DNA from: Eledone cirrhosa
Taxonomy: Eukaryota
DNA: 64,000 bases
Assembly (NCBI GenBank): GCA_964016885.1
Contig: OZ024741.1
Span: 22,568,001-22,632,000, forward strand
Reading direction: 5' to 3'
Under the pieces are notes generated by a model. It searched no databases. It was given only the letters and a program-made list of their open reading frames with translations, and was not told where the DNA came from. Below, in pieces: positions 52,801-64,000 of this stretch; the stretch's first letter is position 1; each line of letters starts with the position of its first letter. Both the position numbers and the translations under genes were made by a program.

Positions 52801-55800
52801 AGTGAAGTTGTTGACCTACAGCAGTCCCACATATCCTTGGTAAAATGACAGACTACTAGTGAAGTTGTTGACCTACAACAGTCCTACATATCCTTGGTAA
52901 GATGACAGTCTACTAGTGAAGTTGTTGACCTACAACAGTCCTACATATCCTTGGTAAGATGACAGTCTACTAGTGAAGTTGTTGACCTACAACAGTCCTA
53001 CATATCCTTGGTAAGATGACAGTCTACTAGTGAATTTGTTGACCTACAGCAGTCCAACATATCCTTGGTAATATGACAGTCTACTAGTGAAGTTGTTGAC
53101 CTACAGCAGTCCTACATGTCCTTGGTAAGATGACAGTCTACTAGTGAAGTTGTTGACCTACAACAGTCCTACATATCCTTGGTAAGATGACAGTCTACTA
53201 GTGAAGTTGTTGACCTACAGCAGTCCTACAAATCGTTGGTAAGATGACGGTCTACTAGTGAAGTTGTTGACCTACGGCAGTCCTACATATCCTTGGTAAG
53301 ATGACAGTCTACTAGTGAAGTTGACCTACAACAGTCCTACATGTCCTTGGTAAGATGACAGTCTACTAGTGAAGTTGTTGACCTACAACAGTCCTACATA
53401 TCCTTGGAAAGATGACAGTCTACGAGTGAAGCTGTTGACCTACAACAGTCCTACATATACTTGGTAAGATGACAGTCTACTAGTGAAGTTGTTGACCTAC
53501 AACAGTCCTACATGTCCTTGGTAAGATGACAGTCTACTAGTGAAGTTGTTGACCTACAGCAGTCCTACATATCCTTGGTAAGATGTCAGTCTACTAGTGA
53601 AGCTGTTTACCTACAACAGTCTTACATGTCCTTGGTAAGATGACAGTCTACTAGTGAAGTTGTTGACCTACAGCAGTCCTACATGTCCTTGGTAATATGA
53701 CAGTCTACTAGTGAAGCTGTTGACCTAGAACAGTCCTACATATCCTTGGTAAGATGAGAGTCTACTAGTGAAGCTGTTGACCTACAACAGTCCTACATGT
53801 CCTTGGTAAGATGACAGTCTACTAGTGAAGTTGTTGACCTACAACAGTCCTACATATCCTTGGTAAGATGACAGTCTACTAGTGAAGCTGTTGATCTACA
53901 ACAGTCCTACATGTCCTTGGTAAGATGACAGTCTACTAGTGAAGTTGTTGACCTACAACAGTCCTACATGTCCTTGGTAAGATGACAGTCTACTAGTGAA
54001 GTTGTTGACCTACAACGGTCCTACATATACTTGGTAAGATGACAGTCTACTAGTGAAGTTGTTGACCTACAACAGTCCTACATATCCTTGTTAAGATGAC
54101 AGTCTACTAGTGAAGTTGTTGACCTACAACGGTCCTACATATCCTTGGTAAGATGACAGTCTACTAGTGAAGTTGTTGACCTACAACAGTCCTACATATC
54201 CTTGGTAAGATGACAGTCTACTAGTGAAGTTGTTGACCTACAACAGTCCTACATATCCTTGGTAAGATGACAGTCTACTAGTGAAGTTGTTGACCTACAA
54301 CAGTCCTACATATCCTTGGTAAGATGACAGTCTACTAGTGAAGTTGTTGACCTACAACAGTCCTACATATCCTTGGTAAGATGACAGTCTACTAGTGAAG
54401 TTGTTGACATACAACAGTCCAACATATCCTTGGTAAGATGACAGTCTACTAGTGAAGCTGTTGACCTACAACAGTCCTACATATCCTTTGTAAGATGACA
54501 GTCTACTAGTGACGCTGTTGACCTACAACAGTCCTACATATCCTTGGGAAGATGACAGTCTACTAGTGAAGCTGTTGACCTACAACAGTCCTACATATCC
54601 TTGGTAAGATAACAGTCTACTAGTGAATTTGTTGACCTACAGCAGTCCAACATATCCTTGGTAAGATGACAGTCTACTAGTGAAGTTGTTGACCCACAGC
54701 AGTCCTACATGTCCTTGGTAAGATGACAGTCTACTAGTGAAGTTGTTGACCTACAACAGTCCTACATATCCTTGGTAAGATGACAGTCTACTAGTGAATT
54801 TGTTGACCTACAGCAGTCCTACAAATCCTTGGTAAGATGACAGTCTACTAGTGAAAATGTTGACCTACAGCAGTCCTACATATCCTTGGTAAGATGACAG
54901 TCTACTAGTGAAGTTGACCTACAACAGTCCTACATGTCCTTGGTAAGATGACAGTCTACTAGTGAAGTTGTTGACCTACAACAGTCCTACATATCCTTGG
55001 TAAGATGACAGTCTACTAGTGAAGCTGTTGACCTACAACAGTCCTACATATACTTGGTAAGATGAGAGTCTACTAGTGAAGTTGTTGACCTACAACAGTC
55101 CTACATGTCCTTGGAAAGATGACAGTCTACTAGTGAAGTTGTTGACCTACAGCAGTCCTACATATCCTTGGTAAGATGACAGTCTTCTAGTGAAGCTGTT
55201 TACCTACAACAGTCTTACATGTCCTTGGTAAGATGACAGTCTACTAGTGAAGTGTTGACCTACAGCAGTCCTACATGTCCTTGGTAAGATGACAGTCTAC
55301 TAGTGAAGTTGTTGACCTACAACAGTCCTACATATCCTTGGTAAGATGACAGTCTACTAGTGAAGTTGTTGACCTACAGCAGTCCTACATGTCCTCGGTA
55401 AGATGACAGTCTACTAGTGAAGATGTTGACCTACAGCAGTCCTACATATCCTTGGTAAGATAACAGTCTACTAGTGAAGCTGTTGACCTACAACAGTCCT
55501 ACATATCCTTGGTAAGATGACAGTCTACTAGTGAAGCTGTTGACCTACAACAGTCCTACATATCCTTGGTAAGATGACAGTCTACTAGTGAAGCTGTTGA
55601 CCTACAACAGTCCTACAAATCCTTGGTAAGATAACAGTCTACTAGTGAAGTTGTTGACCTACAACAGTCCTACATATCCTTGGTAAGATAACAGTCAACT
55701 AGTGAAGTTGTTGACCTACAGTAGTCCTACATATCCTTGGTAAGATGACAGTCTACTAGTGAAGTTCTTGACCTACAACAGTCCTACATATCCTTGGTAA

Positions 55801-58800
55801 GATGACAGTCTACTAGTGAAGTTGTTGACCTACAACAGTCCTACATATCCTTGGTAAGATGACAGTCTACTAGTGAAGTTGTTGACCTACAACAGTCCTA
55901 CATATCCTTGGTAAGATGACAGTCTACTAGTGAATTTGTTGACCTACTGCAGTCCAACATATCCTTGGTAAGATGACAGTCTAATAGTGAAGTTGTTGAC
56001 CTACATCAGTCCTACATGTCCTTGGTAAGATGACAGTCTACTAGTGAAGTTGTTGACCTACAACAGTCCTACATATCCTTGGTAAGATGACAGTCTACTA
56101 GTGAAGTTGTTGACCTACAACAGTCCTACATATCCTTGGTAAGATGACAGTCTACTAGTGAAGCTGTTGACCTACAACAGTCCTACATATACTTGGTAAG
56201 ATGAGAGTCTACTAGTGAAGTTGTTGACCTACAACAGTCCTACATGTCCTTGGTAAGATGACAGTCTACTAGTGAAGTTGTTGACCTACAGCAGTCCTAC
56301 ATATCCTTGGTAAGATGACAGTCTACTAGTGAAGCTGTTTACCTACAACAGTCTTACATGTGCTTGGTAAGATGACAGTCTACTAGTGAAGTTGTTGACC
56401 TACAGCAGTCCTACATGTCCTTGGTAAGATGACAGTCTACTAGTGAAGTTGTTGACCTACAACAGTCCTACATATCCTTGGTAAGATGACAGTCTACTAG
56501 TGAAGTTGTTGACCTACAGCAGTCCTACATGTCCTCGGTAAGATAACAGTCTACTAGTGAAGTTGTTGACCTACAGCAGTCCTACATATCCTTGGTAAGA
56601 TGACAGTCTACTAGTGAAGTTGTTGACCTACAACAGTCCTACATATCCTTGGTAAGATGACAGTCTACTAGTGAAGTTGTTGACCTGCAACAGTCCTACA
56701 TATCCTTGGTAAGATGACAGTCTACTAGTGAAGTTGTTGACCTACAACAGTCCTACATATCCTTGGTAAGATGACGGTCTACTAGTGAAGCTGTTGACCT
56801 ACAACAGTCCTACATATACTTGGTAAGATGGGAGTCTACTATTGAAGTTGTTGACCTACAACAGTCCTACATGTCCTTGGTAAGATGACAGTCTACTAGT
56901 GAAGCTGTTTACCTACAACAGTCTTACATGTCCTTGGTAAGATGACAGTCTACTAGTGAAGTTGTTGACCTATAGCAGTCCTACATGTCCTTGGTAAGAT
57001 GACAGTCTACTAGTGAAGTTGTTGACCTACAACAGTGCTACATATCCTTGGTAAGATGACAGTCTACTAGTGAAGTTGTTGACCTACAGCAGTCCTACAT
57101 GTCCTCGGTAAGATGACAGTCCACTAGTGAAGTTGTTGACCTACAGCAGTCCTACATATCCTTGGTAAGATAACAGTCTACTAGTGAAGCTGTTGACCTA
57201 CAACAGTCCTACATATCCTTGGTAAGATGACAGTCTACTAGTGAAGCTGTTGACCTACAACAGTCCTACATATCCTTGGTAAGATGACAGTCTACTAGTG
57301 AAGCTGTTCACCTACAACAGTCCTACAAATCCTTGGTAAGATAACAGTCTACTAGTGAAGTTGTTGACCTACAACAGTCCTACATATCCTTGGTAAGATA
57401 ACAGTCAACTAGTGAAGTTGTTGACCTACAGTAGTCCTACACATCCTTGGTAAGATGACAGTCTACTACTGAAGTTCTTGACCTACAACAGTCCTACATA
57501 TCCTTGGTAAGATGACAGTCTACTAGTGAAGTTGTTGACCTACAACAGTCCTACATATCCTTGGTAAGATGACAGTCTACTAGTGAAGTTGTTGACCTAC
57601 AACAGTCCTACATATCCTTGGTAAGATGACAGTCTACTAGTGAATTTGTTGACCTACAGCAGTCCAACATATCCTTGGTAAGATGACAGTCTACTAGTGA
57701 AGTTGTTGACCTACAGCAGTCCTACATATCCTTGGTAAGATGACAGTCTACTAGTGAAGTTGTTGACCTACAACAGTCCTACATATCCTTGGTAAGATGA
57801 CAGTCTACTAGTGAAGTTGTTGACCTACAGCAGTCCTACAAATCCTTTGTAAGATGACAGTCTACTAGTGAAGTTGTTGACCTACAGCAGTCCTACATAT
57901 CCTTGGTAAGATGACAGTCTACTAGTGAAGTTGACCTACAACAGTCCTACATGTCATTGGTAAGATGACAGTCTACTAGTGAAGTTGTTGACCTACAACA
58001 GTCCTACATATCCTTGGTAAGATGACAGTCTACTAGTGAAGCTGTTGACCTACAACAGTCCTACATATACTTGGTAAGATGAGAGTCTACTAGTGAAGTT
58101 GTTGACCTACAACAGTCCTACATGTCCTTGGTAAGATGACAGTCTACTAGTGAAGTTGTTGACCTACAGCAGTCCTACATATCCTTGGTAAGATGACAGT
58201 CTACTAGTGAAGTTGACCTACAACAGTCCTACATGTCCTTGGTAAGATGACAGTCTACTAGTGAAGTTGACCTACAACAGTCCTACATGTCCTTGGTAAG
58301 ATGACAGTCTACTAGTGAAGTTGTTGACCTACAACAGTCCTACATGTCCTTGGTAAGATGACAGTCTACTAGTGAAGTTGTTGACCTACAGTAGTCCTAC
58401 ATATCCTTCGTAAGATGACAGTCTACTAGTGAAGCTGTTGACCTACAACAGTCCTACATATCCTTGGTAAGATGACAGTCTACTAGTGAAGTTATTGACC
58501 TACACCAGTCCTACATGTCCTTGGTAAGATGACAGTCTACTAGTGAAGCTGTTGACCTACAACAGTCCTACATGTCCTTGGTAAGATGACAGTCTACTAG
58601 TGAAGCTGTTGACCGACAACAGTCCTACATATCCTTGGTAAGATGACAGTCTACTAGTGAAGTTGTTGACCTACAGCAGTCCTACATGTCCTTGGTAAGA
58701 TGACAGTCTACTAGTGAAGTTGTTGACCTACAGCAGTCCTACATATCCTTGGTAAGATGACAGTCTACTAGTGAATTTGTTGACCTACAACAGTCCTACA

Positions 58801-61800
58801 TATCCTTGGTAAGATGACAGTCTACTAGTGAAGCTGTTGACCGACAACAGTCCTACATATCCTTGGTAAGATGACAGTCTACTAGTGAAGTTGTTGACCT
58901 ACAGCAGTCCTACATGTCCTTGGTAAGATGACAGTCTACTAGTGAAGTTGTTGACCTACAGCAGTCCTACATATCCTTGGTAAGATGACAGTCTACTAGT
59001 GAAGCTGTTGACCTACAACAGTCCTACATGTCCTTGGTAAGATGACAGTCTACTAGTGAAGTTGTTGACCTACAGCAGTCCTACATGTCCTTGGTAAGAT
59101 GACAGTCTACTAGTGAAGCTGTTGACCTACAACAGTCGTACATGTCCTTGGTAAGATGACAGTCTACTAGTGAAGGTGTTGACCTATAACAGTCCTACAT
59201 ATCCTTGGTAAGATGACAGTCTACTAGTGAAGTTGTTGACCTACAGCAGTCCTACATGTCCTTGGTAAGATGACAGTCTACTAGTGAAGTTGTTGACCTA
59301 CAACAGTCCTACATGTCCTTGGTAAGATAACAGTCTACTAGTGAAGTTGTTGACCTATAACAGTCCTACATATCCTTGGTAAGATGACAGTCTACTAGTG
59401 AAGTTGTTGACCTACAGCAGTCCTACATATCCTTGGTAAGATGACAGTCTACTAATGAAGTTGTTGACCTACAGCAGTCCTACATATCCTTGGTAAGATG
59501 ACAGTCTACTAGTGAATTTGTTGACCTACAACAGTCCTACATATCCTTGGTAAGATGACAGTATACTAGTGAAGTTGTTGACCTACAGCAGTCCTACATG
59601 TCCTTGGTAAGATGACAGTCTACTAGTGAAGCTGTTGACCTACAACAGTCCTACACGTCCTCGGTAAGATGACAGTCTACTAGTGAAGCTGTTGACCTAC
59701 AACAGTCCTACATGTCCTTGGTAAGATGACAGTCTACTAGTGAAGTTGTTGACCTACAGCAGTCCTACATATCCTTGGGAAGATGACAGTCTACTAGTGA
59801 AGCTGTTGACCTACAACAGTCCTACATATACTTGGTAAGATGAGAGTCTACTAGTGAAGTTTTTGACCTACAACAGTCCTACATGTCCTTGGTAAGATGA
59901 CAGTCTACTAGTGAATGTTGTTGACCTACAGCAGTCCTACAAATCATTTGTAAGATGACAGTCTACTAGTGAAGTTGTTGACCTACAGCAGTCCTACATA
60001 TCCTTGGTAAGATGACAGTCTACTAGTGAAGTTGACCTACAACAGTCCTACATGTCCTTGGTAAGATGACAGTCTACTAGTGAAGTTGTTGACCTACAAC
60101 AGTCCTACATATCCTTGGTAAGATGACAGTCTACTAGTGAAGCTGTTGACCTACAACAGTCCTACATATACTTGGTAAGATGAGAGTCTACTAGTGAAGT
60201 TGTTGACCTACAACAGTCCTACATGTCCTTGGTAAGATGACAGTCTACTAGTGAAGTTGTTGACCTACAGCTGTCCTACATATCCTTGGTAAGATGACAG
60301 TCTACTAGTGAAGTTGTTGACCTACAGCAGTCCTACATGTCCTTGGTAAGATGACAGTCTACTAGTGAAGTTGTTGACCTACAACAGTCCTACATATCCT
60401 TGGTAAGATGACAGTCTACTAGTGAAGTTGTTGACCTACAGCAGTCCTACATGTCCTCGGTAAGATAACAGTCTACTAGTGAAGTTGTTGACCTACAGCA
60501 GTCCTACATATCCTTGGTAAGATAACAGTCTACTAGTGAAGTTGTTGACCTACAGTAGTCCTACATATCCTTGGTAAGATGACAGTCTACTAGTGAAGTT
60601 GTTGACCTACAATAGTCCTACATATCCTTGGTAAGATGACAGTCTACTAGTGAAGCTGTTGACCTACAACAGTCCTACATATCCTTGGTAAGATGACAGT
60701 CTACTAGTGAAGTTATTGACCTACACCAGTCCTACATGTCCTTGGTAAGATGACAGTCTACTAGTGAAGTTGTTGACCTACAGCAGTCCTACATGTCCTT
60801 GGTAAGATGACAGTCTACTAGTGAGGTTGTTGACCTACAGTAGTCCTACATATCCTTGGTAAGATGACAGTCTACTAGTGAAGTTGTTGACCTACAACAG
60901 TCCTACATGTCCTTGGTAAGATGACAGTCTACTAGTGAAGTTGTTGACCTACAGCAGTCCTACATGTCCTTGGTAAGATGACAGTCTACTAGTGAAGTTG
61001 CTGACCTACAGCAGTCCTACATATCCTTGGTAAGATGACAGTCTACTAGTGAAGTTGTTGACCTACAACAGTCCTACATGTCCTTGGTAAGATGACAGTC
61101 TACTAGTGAAGTTGCTGACCTACAGCAGTCCTACATATCCTTGGTAAGATGACAGTCTACTAGTGAAGTTGTTGACCTACAACAGTCCTACATGTCCTTG
61201 GTATGATGACAGTCTACTAGTGAAGTTGTTGACCTACAACAGTCCTACATATCCTTGGTAAGATGACAGTATACTAGTGAAGTTGTTGACCTACAGTAGT
61301 CCTACATATCCTTGGTAAGATGACAGTCTCCTAGTGAAGTTGTTCACCTACAACAGTCCTACATGTCCTTGGTAAGATGACAGTCTACTAGTGAAGTTGT
61401 TGACCTACAGCAGTCCTACATGTCCTTGGTAAGATGACAGTCTACTAGTGAATTTGCTGACCTACAGCAGTCCTACATATCCTTGGTAAGATGACAGTCT
61501 ACTAGTGAAGCTGTTGACCTACAACAGTCGTACATGTCCTTGGTAAGATGACAGTCTACTAGTGAAGGTGTTGACCTATAACAGTCCTACATATCCTTGG
61601 TAAGATGACAGTCTACTAGTGAAGTTGTTGACCTACAGCAGTCCTACATGTCCTTGGTAAGATGACAGTCTACTAGTGAAGTTGTTGACCTACAACAGTC
61701 CTACATGTCCTTGGTAAGATAACAGTCTACTAGTGAAGTTGACCTATAACAGTCCTACATATCCTTGGTAAGATGACAGTCTACTAGTGAAGTTGTTGAC

Positions 61801-64000
61801 CTACAGCAGTCCTACATATCCTTGGTAAGATGACAGTCTACTAGTGAAGTTGTTGACCTACAGCAGTCCTACATATCCTTGGTAAGATAACAGTCTACTA
61901 GTGAATTTGTTGACCTACAACAGTCCTACATATCCTTGGTAAGATGACAGTCTACTAGTGAAGCTGTTGACCTACAACAGTCCTACATGTCCTTGGTAAG
62001 ATGACAGTCTACTAGTGAAGTTGTTGACCTACAACAGTCCTACATATCCTTGGTAAGATGACAGTCTAGTAGTGAAATTGTTGACCTATAACAGTCCTAC
62101 ATATCCTTGGTAAGATGACAGTATACTAGTGAAGTTGTTGACCTACAGCAGTCCTACATGTCCTTGGTAAGATGACAGTCTACTAGTGAAGCTGTTGACC
62201 TACAACAGTCCTACATGTCCTCGGTAAGATGACAGTCTACTAGTGCAGTTGTTGACCTACAGCAGTCCTACATGTCCTTGGTAAGATGACAGTCTACTAG
62301 TGAAGCTGTTGACCTGCAACAGTCCTACATGTCCTTGGTAAGATGACAGTCTACTAGTGAAGTTGTTGACCTACAGCAGTCCTACATATCCTTGGTAAGA
62401 TGACAGTCTACTAGTGAAGTTGTTGACCTACAACAGTCCTACATATCCTTGGTAAGATGACAGTCTACTAGTGAAGATGTTGATCTACAACAGTCCTACA
62501 TGTCCTTGGTAAGATGATAGTCTACTAGTGAAGTTGTTGACCTACAGCAGTCCTACATATCCTTGGTAAGATGACAGTCTACTAGTGAAGTTGTTGACCT
62601 ACAACAGTCCTACATATCCTTGGTAAGATGACAGTCTACTAGTGAAGCAGTTGACCTACAACAGTCCTACATGTCCTTGGTAAGATGACAGTCTACTAGT
62701 GAAGTTGTTGACCTACAGCAGTCCTACATGTCCTTGGTAAGATGACAGTCTACTAGTGAAGTTGTTGACCTACAGTAGTCCTACATATCCTTGGTAAGAT
62801 GAGAGTCTACTAGTGAAGTTGTTGACCTACAACAGTCCTACATGTCCTTGGTAAGATGACAGTCTACTAGTGAAGTTGTTGACCTACAGCTGTCCTACAT
62901 ATCCTTGGTAAGATGACAGTCTACTAGTGAAGTTGTTGACCTACAGCAGTCCTACATGTCCTTGGTAAGATGACAGTCTACTAGTGAAGTTGTTGACCTA
63001 CAACAGTCCTACATATCCTTGGTAAGATGACAGTCTACTAGTGAAGTTGTTGACCTACAGCAGTCCTACATGTCCTCGGTAAGATAACAGTCTACTAGTG
63101 AAGTTGTTGACCTACAGCAGTCCTACATATCCTTGGTAAGATAACAGTCTACTAGTGAAGTTGTTGACCTACAGTAGTCCTACATATCCTTGGTAAGATG
63201 ACAGTCTACTAGTGAAGTTGTTGACCTACAATAGTCCTACATATCCTTGGTAAGATGACAGTCTACTAGTGAAGCTGTTGACCTACAACAGTCCTACATA
63301 TCCTTGGTAAGATGACAGTCTACTAGTGAAGTTATTGACCTACACCAGTCCTACATGTCCTTGGTAAGATGACAGTCTACTAGTGAAGTTGTTGACCTAC
63401 AGCAGTCCTACATGTCCTTGGTAAGATGACAGTCTACTAGTGAGGTTGTTGACCTACAGTAGTCCTACATATCCTTGGTAAGATGACAGTCTACTAGTGA
63501 AGTTGTTGACCTACAACAGTCCTACATGTCCTTGGTAAGATGACAGTCTACTAGTGAAGTTGTTGACCTACAGCAGTCCTACATGTCCTTGGTAAGATGA
63601 CAGTCTACTAGTGAAGTTGCTGACCTACAGCAGTCCTACATATCCTTGGTAAGATGACAGTCTACTAGTGAAGTTGTTGACCTACAACAGTCCTACATGT
63701 CCTTGGTAAGATGACAGTCTACTAGTGAAGTTGCTGACCTACAGCAGTCCTACATATCCTTGGTAAGATGACAGTCTACTAGTGAAGTTGTTGACCTACA
63801 ACAGTCCTACATGTCCTTGGTATGATGACAGTCTACTAGTGAAGTTGTTGACCTACAACAGTCCTACATATCCTTGGTAAGATGACAGTATACTAGTGAA
63901 GTTGTTGACCTACAGTAGTCCTACATATCCTTGGTAAGATGACAGTCTCCTAGTGAAGTTGTTCACCTACAACAGTCCTACATGTCCTTGGTAAGATGAC
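4808..64000. repeat. 57-bp satellite DNA array, ~1040 head-to-tail copies in a single orientation, continuing beyond the window end
   Basis: The period was measured directly (GACAGTCTAC at 6421 and 6478). Most monomers differ from consensus by 0-3 nt. The three common polymorphic sites are G(T/C)TGTTG, CA(A/G)(C/T)AG and CAT(A/G)TCC. A recurrent 54-bp variant lacks one GTT. The consensus has stops in all six frames, and I noticed no insertions of foreign sequence. Confidence 0.99.
20279..35180. repeat. Higher-order repeat domain of the 57-bp satellite dominated by a 25-monomer (1422-bp) unit
   Basis: The 54-bp deletion monomer (GAAGTTGACC) starts at 20279, 21701, 23123, 24545, 25682, 27104, 28469, 29891, 31142, 32336, 33758 and 35180. 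Seven of the 11 spacings are 1422 (25x57-3). The others are 1137, 1365, 1251 and 1194 (20-, 24-, 22- and 21-mers). Confidence 0.9.

Noticed and set aside
4808-64000. CRISPR array or protein-coding repeat (57 = 19 codons)
   Set aside because: There are no unique spacers and no cas genes. The consensus monomer has stop codons in all six frames, and the ORF track is empty here.
4808-64000. Satellite-encoded hammerhead ribozyme, as in newt, schistosome or cricket satellites
   Set aside because: The core CUGANGA and GAAA boxes are absent from the consensus on both strands. Only AAGATGA and GAAG look-alikes are present.

Overview
This is eukaryotic (animal-like), almost entirely repetitive DNA with no prokaryotic genes, rRNA, tRNA or CRISPR. 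(1) 1-~3335 is a G/T-rich 39-bp tandem repeat of about 85 copies that runs off the left edge. The two long + strand ORFs in the track (VPELGSGVVLRVG repeats) are probably shadow frames. A minus-strand frame missing from the track reads as a Pro/Thr/Ser mucin-type repeat, (PTLNTTPLPSSGT)n, and is the better coding candidate. (2) ~3336-4807 is a short non-satellite spacer. It holds a ~42-nt hairpin, a CA microsatellite, a 5'-truncated and frameshifted 3' end of a CR1-like LINE (minus strand) and about 4.4 copies of a ~68-bp minisatellite. (3) 4808-64000 is an uninterrupted head-to-tail 57-bp satellite of roughly 1040 copies, consensus CCTACATATCCTTGGTAAGATGACAGTCTACTAGTGAAGTTGTTGACCTACAACAGT, with stops in all six frames. 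It shows nested higher-order repeats (25-, 36-, 46-, 49-, 68- and 70-mers) and position-specific layers of diagnostic variants. I cannot demonstrate a new biological system from sequence alone. The best leads are the hidden mucin-like frame, the layered higher-order architecture and, more speculatively, the hairpin and splice-site-like layout inside each 57-mer.
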